Source: an uncultured Clostridiaceae bacterium (GTDB lineage Bacteria > Bacillota > Clostridia > TANB77 > CAG-465). Taken from it: a stretch of DNA of 64,000 bases. Location of the stretch: positions 2,037 to 66,036 of the forward strand of contig CANCXL010000008.1 of NCBI GenBank assembly GCA_947381905.1, in the 5' to 3' direction. Positions 1 through 9,777 of the stretch are shown here, in pieces. Numbering within the stretch: the stretch's first letter is position 1; each line of letters starts with the position of its first letter. The position numbers and the translations under genes are program-made. The notes beneath the pieces were generated by a model that saw nothing but the letters and a program-made list of their open reading frames with translations, did no database searches and was not told the origin of the DNA.

Positions 1-53
1 TTTATTAGACCTCTCCATTGTAGGTCTTCATATACAGTCATTTCTTTTTCCAT
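1..53 (-). CDS. 5' end of a gene that runs off the left edge; the N-terminus MEKEMTVYEDLQWRGLIK resembles tyrosyl-tRNA synthetase
   Basis: Reverse complement of 1-53 starts with ATG (53-51), preceded by GGTGGG. The motif L-x-W/F-RGLI is typical of TyrS N-termini. Only 17 aa are visible. Confidence 0.4.
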   Translation of the reverse strand, partial: MEKEMTVYEDLQWRGLI

Positions 54-388
54 TATTTATCCCACCTTTTTTTCTAAATTCTTTAAAAGTATACCATATC
101 TAATAATAAAATAAAAGTGTAAAGGTTGTTTTTTGAAGATTATTTTTAGTTTTATACGAGATTTTTTTAATAATTTATACTAATCCAAATAAAAGATTGG
201 TGATATGTATAAACATACCACCAATGTCAAACGTAAGTATATGAGTTAAAATTTAGCGTCTCATATACTATACATATTATAACATTATTTTATTTTATAT
301 TCAATACAAAAGAAAGATAATATATATATATTATCTTTCTAATTTTCAGCATCGTTACTCCTTAAACATATTTTTCTTTTGATTATTT

Positions 389-712
389 TTAATTTTTCTT
401 ATTCTTTTTTAATCTTTTCTTTTCTTTTTTTAGTAGAAGAATTGTATAATTCAAAAATTTAATAAAAGATTTCTTTAATACATCATAATATTTTTCCTTC
501 TGATTTTCCACGATAGTTTGAAATAATTCATAATCAATTTTTTCAAAATTCTCTATAAGATTATATGAAATATCATCATAGGCTTCTATTAATAGTGGAA
601 TATCATTTTTATCATAAGATAAAGAAATTCTATTTAATAATTCTATAATACTTTCAAAATAAGTGATGCTGTTGCACGCTAAACAATCAGCATCTTTTTT
701 TACGTTTGACAT
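389..712 (-). CDS. Small protein F (107 aa) with a lysine-rich tail and no recognisable domain; its promoter box resembles those of small ORFs A, D and E
   Basis: ORF track gives 389..721. I prefer the ATG at 712 because AAGGAG lies 9 nt upstream. That SD sits inside the perfect palindrome CTCCTTTAAAGGAG (722-735). Confidence 0.5.
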   Translation of the reverse strand: MSNVKKDADCLACNSITYFESIIELLNRISLSYDKNDIPLLIEAYDDISYNLIENFEKIDYELFQTIVENQKEKYYDVLKKSFIKFLNYTILLLKKEKKRLKKNKKN

Positions 713-857
713 TTTAACCAACTCCTTTAAAGGAGCACTTTATGATGCTGAAGTTTAGTAATATATATATCAAAATAAGATATAACTGTCACAAAGATAA
801 TTATATCTTTACATTAATAATATATAATGAATACATATTATAAATATATATTCTACA

Positions 858-890
858 TAATTTTATTATATCACATTTTACATAATCTTT
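858..890 (-). promoter_or_regulatory. Promoter box of small ORF F (extended -10 TGTGATATAAT on the minus strand)
   Basis: Reverse complement reads gattatgtaaaaTGTGATATAATaaaattatgtag, with the -10 at 870..865. It aligns with the box upstream of ORFs A, D and E. Confidence 0.4.
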
Positions 891-1165
891 CAATTGTTAG
901 CATATCACAAATAAAATTGAAATGTAAGAGATAGATTATACTATATCTATATAAATCTATGATTTTTTGTTTTAATAAATCTTATATATAAATTTTATAT
1001 TTTGAGCTTACACTTAATATAATTTTATTTTATATCTATTTTTTTGAAAATTATTTAGAATAAACTAATGTTAATTTGTATAATAATGTAATTAATATTG
1101 CAAAAAAAGTATAAATATAGTAATATATAGTTGTAGAAATAGATATATGATAACAAGGAGTAAAT

Positions 1166-1723
1166 ATGGCAAATAAAGAAAAAGCAAAGAAAAAATCATT
1201 ACTTAAAAATTTTTATCCAGAGTTTACTTTTGAAAAAGTGGAAAACATACCATATGAATTATTACATAAAGAAGGAATAAGACTTATTTTAATGGACATG
1301 GATAATACTTTAATTGATTCAAAAGGTCAATACTCAAAAGAGTTAAAAAAGTGGATACAAAATGTAAAAAGTAAAGATATAAAATTATATATAGTAAGCA
1401 ATTCAATATCTGAAAGAATGGTTAAAAAGATTTCAAAAGAGCTTGGTGTTAGATATTTTTATAAAGCATCTAAGCCATCTACAAAGGGATTTAAAACAGT
1501 AAGTGAACAATTTCCAGAGATAAGTAAAAAAGAGATACTTATGATAGGAGATCAGCTGTTTACAGATATTTGGGGAGCAAACAGATTTAATATTAGAACA
1601 TTACTTGTAAAGAGAATAAATAAAAAAGAAATTATTGTAAGTAGAATAAAAAGACCGATTGAAAGAATTATACTTAATCATTATTATAAAAAAGAGGAGA
1701 ATGCAGAAAAATGCAGAGTATAA
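1166..1723 (+). CDS. yqeG: YqeG-family HAD-IIIA phosphatase
   Basis: DMDNTL (DxDxT) motif, SNS and GDQLFTDI motifs, about 185 aa, AAGGAG RBS. Confidence 0.8.
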   Translation: MANKEKAKKKSLLKNFYPEFTFEKVENIPYELLHKEGIRLILMDMDNTLIDSKGQYSKELKKWIQNVKSKDIKLYIVSNSISERMVKKISKELGVRYFYKASKPSTKGFKTVSEQFPEISKKEILMIGDQLFTDIWGANRFNIRTLLVKRINKKEIIVSRIKRPIERIILNHYYKKEENAEKCRV

Positions 1724-2436
1724 TATATGTTAGTATATATGCGATAGTTTCAGCTATATTAGGGCTAATACTAAGTAATTTTATTAGTCTGTCTAAAGCT
1801 AAAAAAGGCGAAGACTTTAATTATAAAGAATATATTAATAATTTTAAGTTATCAAATTTAGACTTAAGATATGTTATTATATTCTTTATTTTATTTCTAA
1901 TCATTATAAAGGAGTTTACAATAATTAATCTTTTAACATTTTCTCTAATATTTTTGGGCCTACTTCTTGCTTATATTTTAGATTATACATATATGATTAT
2001 TCCAGATACATCAAGTATTTTAATCATTATTAGTGGAATTATTAATATAATTTTTAATTTTAACAAAGAAAACATTACTCAAGTTCTTTTGGGTTTAATA
2101 GTAGGTGGACTCTTCTTATTTATAATAGATTACATTTTTAAATTAATTACTAAAACTGAAGGCTTTGGAGCAGGAGATATGAAACTACTTGCAAGTATTG
2201 GCTTTATGTTTGGCTTTAGGAATATTATAGTAATTATAATAATGAGTTTAGTTGTATCAGCGATAGTTGGTAGTATATCTTTAATAATAAACAAAGTTAA
2301 AAACTTAAAGGAAGCATATATTCCATTTGGTCCATTTATAGTAATTTGTACATTAATAATTTGTATAATTCCATCACAAACAATAATCTATTATATAAAT
2401 ATATTTATAGATAGCATAGTAAACAAAATGATATAA
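1711..2436 (+). CDS. Prepilin (type IV) leader peptidase, A24 family
   Basis: Polytopic membrane protein with the GAGDMKLLASIG motif typical of A24 peptidases. Its start overlaps the yqeG stop. Confidence 0.8.
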   Translation: MQSIIYVSIYAIVSAILGLILSNFISLSKAKKGEDFNYKEYINNFKLSNLDLRYVIIFFILFLIIIKEFTIINLLTFSLIFLGLLLAYILDYTYMIIPDTSSILIIISGIINIIFNFNKENITQVLLGLIVGGLFLFIIDYIFKLITKTEGFGAGDMKLLASIGFMFGFRNIIVIIIMSLVVSAIVGSISLIINKVKNLKEAYIPFGPFIVICTLIICIIPSQTIIYYINIFIDSIVNKMI

Positions 2437-2481
2437 AAGTAGTAATTTGCCTAAAAATCAAGGTATATTACTACTTTTTTA
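2437..2481 (+). terminator. Intrinsic terminator after the prepilin peptidase gene
   Basis: AAGTAGTAAT (2437-2446) pairs with ATTACTACTT (2467-2476), followed by a T-run. Confidence 0.55.
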
Positions 2482-2597
2482 GCATTATTGTAACATAATA
2501 AATCTTTACTTTTAGGTATAACTATTGTATAATTGGTACATATGATAATTAGGTGATAATTGTCTAAATTTAAATATAAATTGAAAGGAAATAGAAA

Positions 2598-3845
2598 ATG
2601 AGTAAAGCAGAATTATTAGCTCCTGCAGGTAGTTTAGAAAAAGCCAAAATTGCATTTATGTATGGCGCAGATGCAGTTTATGCTGGAACAGCTAAATTAT
2701 CTTTAAGATCAAGAGCAGAATTAAATGATGATACATTAGAAGAAACAATAAAATACGCACATAGTATAGGTAAAAAAGTGTATGTAGCACTAAATATCTA
2801 TGCAAAAGATACAGATTATGAAGAAATAGAAAACCAAATTAAAATACTAAAGAAAGCTCATGCTGATGCAATTATAGCAAGTGATCCTGGAATAATAATG
2901 ATGATTAAAAATCTTGCTCCAGAAATAGACATTCATATTAGCACACAGGCTAACACTGTAAGTCTACATACAGCAGAGTTTTGGAGGAGCTTTGGAGCAA
3001 AAAGAGTAATTATATCTCGTGAATTAAGTAAAGAAAGAATAAAATACATAATGGATCATAAGCCAGAAGATTTAGAAATAGAGATGTTTATACATGGTGC
3101 AATATGTTATGCATATTCTGGAAGATGTTATTTAAGTAAATATCTGGCAAATAGAGATGCTAATTGTGGAGACTGTGCACAACCATGTAGATGGCAATAT
3201 AAGGTTACAGCAGAAGAAGTAAATAATCCTGGAAGTAAAATTAATATAGATTTTGACGAAAAAGGAACATATCTATTTTCATCTAAAGATATGTGCTTAA
3301 TACGTCAAATTCCAACTCTAGTAGATATGGGGGTAGAGAGCTTTAAAATTGAAGGAAGACTTAAAACAGATTATTATCTTGCAACTGTTGTAAGAGCATA
3401 TAGAAATGCAATTGATGATTACGAAAAATTAAAGGCAGAAGGAAAAGAAGATGAATATGATGCATCAAAATATCTTGCAGAACTTGAAAAAGTTAAAACA
3501 AGAGGATTATCTGAATTCTATTTTTCAGATGATAATAATCAAGACATTCATGATTATGATGGAAAAAGTGAAAATCTTGAATATGAATATGGTGCAAGAA
3601 TTATTGAAAAACAAGAAAATGGAATATATATAGCAGAAATAAAAAATAAATTATCTATTGGAGATAAACTTGAAATATTATTGCCAGATTCTATTGAAGA
3701 ATGTTCATTTAATATTGAAGAGCTATATGATATTAAAAATGACAAAGCGATAGATACTATAAATCCTGGAATTAAAGGACAACAAGTAAAAATTAAGATC
3801 CCATATGAATTAGTTCCTGGAACAATAATTAGAAGAAAAAGATAA
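2598..3845 (+). CDS. Peptidase U32 family protein (collagenase-like / RNA hydroxylation family)
   Basis: The N-terminus ELLAPAGSLEKAKIA..GADAVY and the E-x-F-x-HGA..C..SGRC motif are typical of U32. Confidence 0.85.
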   Translation: MSKAELLAPAGSLEKAKIAFMYGADAVYAGTAKLSLRSRAELNDDTLEETIKYAHSIGKKVYVALNIYAKDTDYEEIENQIKILKKAHADAIIASDPGIIMMIKNLAPEIDIHISTQANTVSLHTAEFWRSFGAKRVIISRELSKERIKYIMDHKPEDLEIEMFIHGAICYAYSGRCYLSKYLANRDANCGDCAQPCRWQYKVTAEEVNNPGSKINIDFDEKGTYLFSSKDMCLIRQIPTLVDMGVESFKIEGRLKTDYYLATVVRAYRNAIDDYEKLKAEGKEDEYDASKYLAELEKVKTRGLSEFYFSDDNNQDIHDYDGKSENLEYEYGARIIEKQENGIYIAEIKNKLSIGDKLEILLPDSIEECSFNIEELYDIKNDKAIDTINPGIKGQQVKIKIPYELVPGTIIRRKR

Positions 3846-3868
3846 TATTATTTTTTGGAGGTGATATA

Positions 3869-5455
3869 TTGAACAAAAAAAGTGTATATGGTTTTGCTCT
3901 TTTTGTACTAAGTATTATAGGTTTTGTATTTGTAATGTGTGTTGCATTATTTAATGTTTCAGAAGATTTAAACAGACAAACAATACGAATAATATCTAGT
4001 ACAGATAATAAAGACTTAGAGCCTATATTAGATAGATATGCTGCGCAAAATAACATAGATATATTAGTAGATTATGCTGGAACTTTAGAAATAATGGAAA
4101 ATCTAAATGAAAAGAATAATAACTATGATGCTGTTTGGGTATCAAATTCTATGTGGCTATATATGCTTGATGGAGTAAAAACCAGTGATTCAAAAATTAT
4201 TAATATGAATCCAGTAGTATTTGGTATTAGAAAATCTAAGGCACAAGAACTAGGATTTATAGATAATGAAGTAAAACTTGAAGATATTATTAATGCAATA
4301 AAAGAAGGTAAGCTTAAATTTGCAATGACATCTGCAACTCAAACAAATACAGGAGCATCAGCATATCTTGGATTTTTAAGTGTACTTGCGGGTAAACCAG
4401 AGATACTTACAGAGGACTACTTAAATGATGATAATATCAAAGAAAATTTAAAAGCATTATTTAATGGTGTAAATAGGTCATCAGGCAGTGAGGAATTTCT
4501 TGAAGAAATGTATAAAGATGGAGATTGTGATGCAATAGTTACATATGAAACATCTATTATAAATATTAATAAGGATATTTCTAAAGATTCAGATGCATTA
4601 TATGCTATTTATACTCAAGATGGTGTATCTTTATGTGATTCAGTTTTTGCATATTTAGGTGAAAGAAACACTTTAAAAGAAGATGCTTTCTTAAAGCTAC
4701 AATCATATCTTTTATCTAATGAAGGACAAGAAGAGCTAATTAAAACTGGTCGAAGAGTATGGTATGGTGGAATAAAAGAAGATGTAGATAAAAATGTATT
4801 TAATCCAAATTGGGGAATAGATACGACAAAATATATTACACCAATTAAATACCCATCTACTACAGTAATAAAAAAAGCATTATCACTTTATCAATCTGAA
4901 CTTAGAAAACCTACACATATTGTATTTGCATTAGATTATTCTGGAAGTATGACAGGTGAGGGAATAACACAGTTAAGAAGTGCTATGAACTATATATTAA
5001 CAGAAGAAGAGGCAAGTAAAAACTATCTTCAGTTCTCAGAAAAAGATAAAATAACTTTTATACTATTTAATTCTCAAGTAGGAACTCCTATTGCTGTAAA
5101 AAATGGTATAAAAACAGATGAGGTTTTAAGTAAAATTGAAAATACAGAACCAAGAGGTGGAACTAATATCTATGATACTGTTACTAAAGCAATTGATGAA
5201 TTAAAAGGTGTTAACACAGAAAAATATAATACATCTATTGTTTTAATGACTGATGGTCTTGGAAATTCTGGTAGTAGAGAGAAAATGATTCAAAATATTG
5301 AAAATGAAGAGATTAAAATACCAGTTTATTCTATTATGTTTGGTAGTGCTGATTCAGATCAATTAGAGGAAATTGCAGAACTAACTCATGGAAAAGTTTT
5401 TGATGGAAGAAGTAATTTATTAGAAGCTTTTAAGACAGTTAGAGGATATAATTAG
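3869..5455 (+). CDS. Membrane-anchored protein with a solute-binding-like N-domain and a C-terminal von Willebrand A domain
   Basis: TTG start after GGAGGTG; N-terminal TM helix. The VWA MIDAS motif appears as ALDYSGSM...LMTDGLGN. Confidence 0.7.
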   Translation: MNKKSVYGFALFVLSIIGFVFVMCVALFNVSEDLNRQTIRIISSTDNKDLEPILDRYAAQNNIDILVDYAGTLEIMENLNEKNNNYDAVWVSNSMWLYMLDGVKTSDSKIINMNPVVFGIRKSKAQELGFIDNEVKLEDIINAIKEGKLKFAMTSATQTNTGASAYLGFLSVLAGKPEILTEDYLNDDNIKENLKALFNGVNRSSGSEEFLEEMYKDGDCDAIVTYETSIININKDISKDSDALYAIYTQDGVSLCDSVFAYLGERNTLKEDAFLKLQSYLLSNEGQEELIKTGRRVWYGGIKEDVDKNVFNPNWGIDTTKYITPIKYPSTTVIKKALSLYQSELRKPTHIVFALDYSGSMTGEGITQLRSAMNYILTEEEASKNYLQFSEKDKITFILFNSQVGTPIAVKNGIKTDEVLSKIENTEPRGGTNIYDTVTKAIDELKGVNTEKYNTSIVLMTDGLGNSGSREKMIQNIENEEIKIPVYSIMFGSADSDQLEEIAELTHGKVFDGRSNLLEAFKTVRGYN

Positions 5456-5466
5456 GAGGTGGAAAT

Positions 5467-6102
5467 ATGAAATTATCGTATTTAATATCTATTGTTATTG
5501 GTATTTCATGTTTTTGTCTATTATATCTTGGACTAGACTTAAACATAATATTTAGTATTGTAGTTTCAGTAATTGCATATTATGCATGTACTATGATACT
5601 TAAAGAGAAGAGTGAAATGCAAGTTACAGTTGATTCAAAAACATTGCAATATGAAAAAATGTATGCAGAGGCATGGTCAATAATTCGTAAAATAAGATTA
5701 CTTGAAGGAGAAATTGAAAAAGACGAGATTAGAGCAGATATTATAGATATTTGTGATACATCAAGTAAAATTTTAACTAGTGTTAAAGAAAATCCTAAAA
5801 AAACGCCACAAGTAAGAAAATTTGTAGATTATTATTTACCATTTACTTTAAATATTTTAACTCAGTATAATACAATAGAAGATCAAAAATTAACATCAAG
5901 AGAAAGTAAAGAGTTTATGTTAAAAGTTGAAACAATGCTTGATAGAGTTAAAGAGGCATGTGAGTCACAGCTTAATAATATGTATGAAACTGATCTTGTA
6001 AGTACAAATGCAGACATTAAGGTTTTTGAAACAATGCTTAAAACAGATGGTCTTGTAGATGATAACATGAATATTAAGATAGAGGAGAAGGAAGGTGAAT
6101 AA
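5467..6102 (+). CDS. XpaC-like (5-bromo-4-chloroindolyl phosphate hydrolysis) protein
   Basis: Two N-terminal TM helices plus a helical C-domain, about 210 aa, encoded next to a TelA/YaaN-like gene as in Bacillus xpaC-yaaN. Confidence 0.55.
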   Translation: MKLSYLISIVIGISCFCLLYLGLDLNIIFSIVVSVIAYYACTMILKEKSEMQVTVDSKTLQYEKMYAEAWSIIRKIRLLEGEIEKDEIRADIIDICDTSSKILTSVKENPKKTPQVRKFVDYYLPFTLNILTQYNTIEDQKLTSRESKEFMLKVETMLDRVKEACESQLNNMYETDLVSTNADIKVFETMLKTDGLVDDNMNIKIEEKEGE

Positions 6103-7258
6103 TGTGGCTGAAATTATTGTTGAAGGAGATAATAAAAAGAAACCTAATCAGAGGATAATAGGACTAGGAATATTAATATTTTTAGTAATTGTTGTATGTT
6201 TAGTAGTTGGGTTAAGAGGAGCAAATGATCCATCAAAAAATGCAAAAACAATTTATGGTGCTGTTGGTGGAGGAAAAGAAAATTTCTTAGCTGATGAGGA
6301 TTTTAATAAAGTCTTAAATGAAACATATGGACTAAATGTAGTAAATGATACATGGAGTAATGGTGCTACTGTAAAAGATCCTGTACTTAGAAAAGATGGT
6401 TCACATTATGATTTTATATTTTTCTCTGATCAAAGATTTTATGATTACTATAAAACAAAAGCAAATAAGGAAAATGGAGAAGCAGACAGAGAAACAGTTC
6501 TTGGTGGTAGTTTAACATTAAATACTCCAATTGTTATATATAGCTGGGATGTAGTAGTTGATGCTTTAATTAATGAGAACATTGTAACACAAAGAGATGA
6601 TGTTTATTATATTACTGATATGGATAAATTATTAAATTACATATTAGAAGGAAAAAGTTGGAAAGACATAGGTCTTGATAATCTATATGGAAGCATAAAT
6701 ATTAATTCAACAGACCCAATAACATCTTCACCTGGAGCAACATATTACGGATTACTATTATCTATAATGTGTGGTGGAGAAATATCTGAACAAAAAGTTG
6801 AGGAGAATTTACCAAAACTTAAAGAATTTTATAATAAATCTGGTTATATGAATAATACACCAGCAGACCTTTTTGACATGTATTTAAAGACTGGTGTAGG
6901 AGCAAAACCTATGATTGTTGACTATGAAAAAAGTATAATAGATTTTGCAAATTCAAATCCAGATGGATATGAGCAAGTAAAAGATAAAATTAGAATACTA
7001 TATCCTGTTCCTACAATATGGAACTCTCATTGTATTGCAACTTTAACAGAAGAAGGAAATGAGTATTTTAAAGCTTTTGAAAACAAAGAAATACAACAAC
7101 TTGCATGGTCAAAGTATGGTTTTAGAACAGGAGTTACTGGCGGAAACTACGATGTAAGTGCAGTTGGTGTAAAAGGTGTGCCACAAACAATTGATACAAC
7201 AGTATCAGGACTTAGAATGAATGTGTACACAAGATTAATAGAATACTTAGGTAAATAG
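6095..7258 (+). CDS. Membrane-anchored extracytoplasmic protein, solute-binding-like; distant paralog of the N-domain of 3869..5455
   Basis: GTG start overlaps the upstream stop. It has a single TM helix and no catalytic motif that I recognise. Confidence 0.45.
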   Translation: MNNVAEIIVEGDNKKKPNQRIIGLGILIFLVIVVCLVVGLRGANDPSKNAKTIYGAVGGGKENFLADEDFNKVLNETYGLNVVNDTWSNGATVKDPVLRKDGSHYDFIFFSDQRFYDYYKTKANKENGEADRETVLGGSLTLNTPIVIYSWDVVVDALINENIVTQRDDVYYITDMDKLLNYILEGKSWKDIGLDNLYGSININSTDPITSSPGATYYGLLLSIMCGGEISEQKVEENLPKLKEFYNKSGYMNNTPADLFDMYLKTGVGAKPMIVDYEKSIIDFANSNPDGYEQVKDKIRILYPVPTIWNSHCIATLTEEGNEYFKAFENKEIQQLAWSKYGFRTGVTGGNYDVSAVGVKGVPQTIDTTVSGLRMNVYTRLIEYLGK

Positions 7259-7272
7259 AGGAGGATATAAGT

Positions 7273-8436
7273 ATGGAAAAAGAAAATCTAGTATTAGAGG
7301 TTAAACCTGAAATTTCTACAAAAGAAATTGAAAATGAACTTATTGAAAAAAAAGCAATTAGTGAAGAACAAGTTGAAGATTCTTTAAATTATGAAAAACT
7401 TTCTGATGCAGAAAAAGCTGCAATTGATGAGTTTATATCTAAAGTTGATGTAAATGATACTGCTATTGTTCTTTCTTATGGTGCTAGTGCACAACAAGAA
7501 ATTGCAAAATTTTCAGATGATGTTTTAACTAATGTTAGAACTAAAAATACAGGAGATGTTGGTGAATTATTAACAGATTTAGTTGTTGAAATTAAAGACT
7601 TTGATAGTGCATCAGATATTAATAGTTCAAAGGGACTATTCTCAATATTTAATTCACTAAAAAAGAGAGTTGCTAAATTACTAACAAAATATGATAAGGT
7701 TAATAATAATATAGATAAAATTGAGAAAAGATTAGAAAATCATAAAATACAAATGCTAAAAGATATAGCTATATTTGATGAGATGTATGAGAAAAACTTA
7801 GAGTCTTTCAAACAAATATCACTATATATTATTGCAGGTGACAGAAAAATTAAAGAGTTAAAAGAAGTAGAACTTCCAAAATTACAAGAACAAGCAAAAG
7901 CTTCTGGTGAGCAAATTGATGCCCAAAAAGTAAATGACTTAATAGCAGTAATTTCTAGATTTGAGAAAAAGATATATGATTTAAAAACAACAAGAATTAT
8001 ATCTATTCAAATGGCACCACAAATTAGAATGATTCAAAATAATGATAGCGAATTAGTTGAAAAAATACAATCTTCAATTATTAATACTATACCATTATGG
8101 AAAAATCAAGTTGTTATTGCTTTAGGTCTTGCAAATGCAAAGAGTGCATTAAATACACAACAAGCAGTGTCTGAAATAACAAATGAGATGTTAAAGAAAA
8201 ATAGCGAGAATTTAAAACAAGGCACTATTGAAATAGCTGCTGAATCAGAAAAAGCAATTGTTGATGTTGAAACACTTAAAAAGACAAACAGCGATATAAT
8301 AGAAACTTTAGATGCTTTAATTCAAATACATGATGAAGGAAGTAGAAAACGTACTGAAGCTGAAGTTGAATTACAAAAAATAGAAAAAGAATTAAAAGAC
8401 AAGCTTGTTGAAATTAGAAATAATAATCAACAATAA
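7273..8436 (+). CDS. Toxic anion resistance protein, TelA/YaaN family
   Basis: All-helical protein of about 387 aa with a TelA-like sequence, GGAGG RBS, and XpaC as neighbour. Confidence 0.75.
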   Translation: MEKENLVLEVKPEISTKEIENELIEKKAISEEQVEDSLNYEKLSDAEKAAIDEFISKVDVNDTAIVLSYGASAQQEIAKFSDDVLTNVRTKNTGDVGELLTDLVVEIKDFDSASDINSSKGLFSIFNSLKKRVAKLLTKYDKVNNNIDKIEKRLENHKIQMLKDIAIFDEMYEKNLESFKQISLYIIAGDRKIKELKEVELPKLQEQAKASGEQIDAQKVNDLIAVISRFEKKIYDLKTTRIISIQMAPQIRMIQNNDSELVEKIQSSIINTIPLWKNQVVIALGLANAKSALNTQQAVSEITNEMLKKNSENLKQGTIEIAAESEKAIVDVETLKKTNSDIIETLDALIQIHDEGSRKRTEAEVELQKIEKELKDKLVEIRNNNQQ

Positions 8437-8472
8437 GAATATATCAAATAAATTATAAAAGCCAAATGTAAA

Positions 8473-8509
8473 AATAATACACTCAAGAAATTATCTTGAG
8501 TGTATTATT
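8473..8509. terminator. Bidirectional terminator between convergent genes
   Basis: 16-bp perfect stem AATAATACACTCAAGA / TCTTGAGTGTATTATT flanked by A-runs and T-runs. Confidence 0.75.
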
Positions 8510-9535
8510 TTATCCATCGTATTCACTTGTAAGTTTTCCAACTATTTCTTCTACAGCATCATCAAAAGTAATAAGTCCTACTGTTCTTCCTTTTTCTTTT
8601 ACTATTGCCATTGGATGATTTTGTTCTTGCATAAGTCTAAATACATCATCTATTTTATCATCTGCGTCAACAAATAATGGGGCAGTCATTATGCTTTTAT
8701 AATCAAGTTTAAAATCTTTTGAGTATTGTAGTAATAATTCCCTAACAAGAACAATTCCTATTATATTATCCATTTTTTCTTCATATACTGGAATACGTGA
8801 GTACCTACAATTTCTAATTATATTTAATAATGCTTTTTCACTTGTATAAGTGTCTATTGCAACAATTTTTTCTCTAATAGTCATAACGTTTCTTGCGGGT
8901 GTATCATCAAATTTAAAAACTTTAAGTAAAAGTTCTTCTTCTTTTTTATCTATTATACCATCAGCTCTTCCTTTAGATATTACCGCAATAAGCTCTTGCT
9001 CTGTAATCTTATCGTTATCTGATTTTTTTATTCTTAATATTTTACTTACTAGATTAGTAGAGATACTTAATAATCTAACAAAAGGATAGAAAATAATTTC
9101 AAGTGTTGATATTACACCAACAACTAAATATGATACTTTTTTTGGACTAGATAGAGCAATCTTTTTAGGCACAAGTTCACCAAATATTAAAGTAAAGTAT
9201 GATAAAATCAATGTAACAATAATAACAATAATTGTTTCTAAAATACTTGGAGAAATATGTATATATGGTACAAGTTTTTCAACTAAATAATCTGCAAAAG
9301 TTTCTGCTGCAAATGCACTTGTTAAAAATCCTATTACTGTTATACATATTTGAATTACGGCAAGAACATCGCTCATATTCTTAAATAGTTTTTTTACTTT
9401 TAATGCCTTTTTATTTTTTGATTGTGCATCAGTTTCAAGCTCGTTTTTGTTAAGTGACACTAGTGCCATTTCCGATGCAGAAAAAAATCCGTTAATTAAT
9501 ATTAAAATAAATAACATTATTATCTTAAAAATCAT
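8510..9535 (-). CDS. CNNM/DUF21 membrane domain plus CBS-pair protein (hemolysin/CorB-like) without a CorC_HlyC C-domain
   Basis: N-terminal polytopic DUF21-like region (SASEMALVSL) followed by CBS-like repeats. It ends directly after the CBS pair. Confidence 0.75.
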   Translation of the reverse strand: MIFKIIMLFILILINGFFSASEMALVSLNKNELETDAQSKNKKALKVKKLFKNMSDVLAVIQICITVIGFLTSAFAAETFADYLVEKLVPYIHISPSILETIIVIIVTLILSYFTLIFGELVPKKIALSSPKKVSYLVVGVISTLEIIFYPFVRLLSISTNLVSKILRIKKSDNDKITEQELIAVISKGRADGIIDKKEEELLLKVFKFDDTPARNVMTIREKIVAIDTYTSEKALLNIIRNCRYSRIPVYEEKMDNIIGIVLVRELLLQYSKDFKLDYKSIMTAPLFVDADDKIDDVFRLMQEQNHPMAIVKEKGRTVGLITFDDAVEEIVGKLTSEYDG

Positions 9536-9744
9536 AAAATATCAACATCCTTTTTTTATAGAATAACATATATTAATAAAATATACAATTTAAAAAAATA
9601 AAATATATTATAACATTAAAAATAACAAAAATAAATGAGTTTCTTTAAAAAAGACAAAAAAGCTTGCTTTTATATATAAAATATTATATAATAATTATAG
9701 TTTAAAGAACGCATAAATTTTTTAAAATATAAACAACCTCTACG

Positions 9745-9776
9745 GAAAAAGGATGTACAATTTATATGTACATCCT
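9745..9776 (-). terminator. Intrinsic terminator of the M23 peptidase gene
   Basis: GGATGTACA / TGTACATCC stem with a T-run on the minus strand, immediately after the stop codon at 9778. Confidence 0.7.
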
Positions 9777-9777
9777 T

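Noticed and set aside
180-240. T-box riboswitch upstream of the tyrS-like gene, suggested by ATTGGTGGTATG
   Set aside because: Only the GGUGGUA core matches. There is no Stem I, specifier loop, AG bulge or ACCGCG. The motif lies in the 5' arm of the terminator rather than in an antiterminator bulge, and the terminator is about 140 nt from the start codon.
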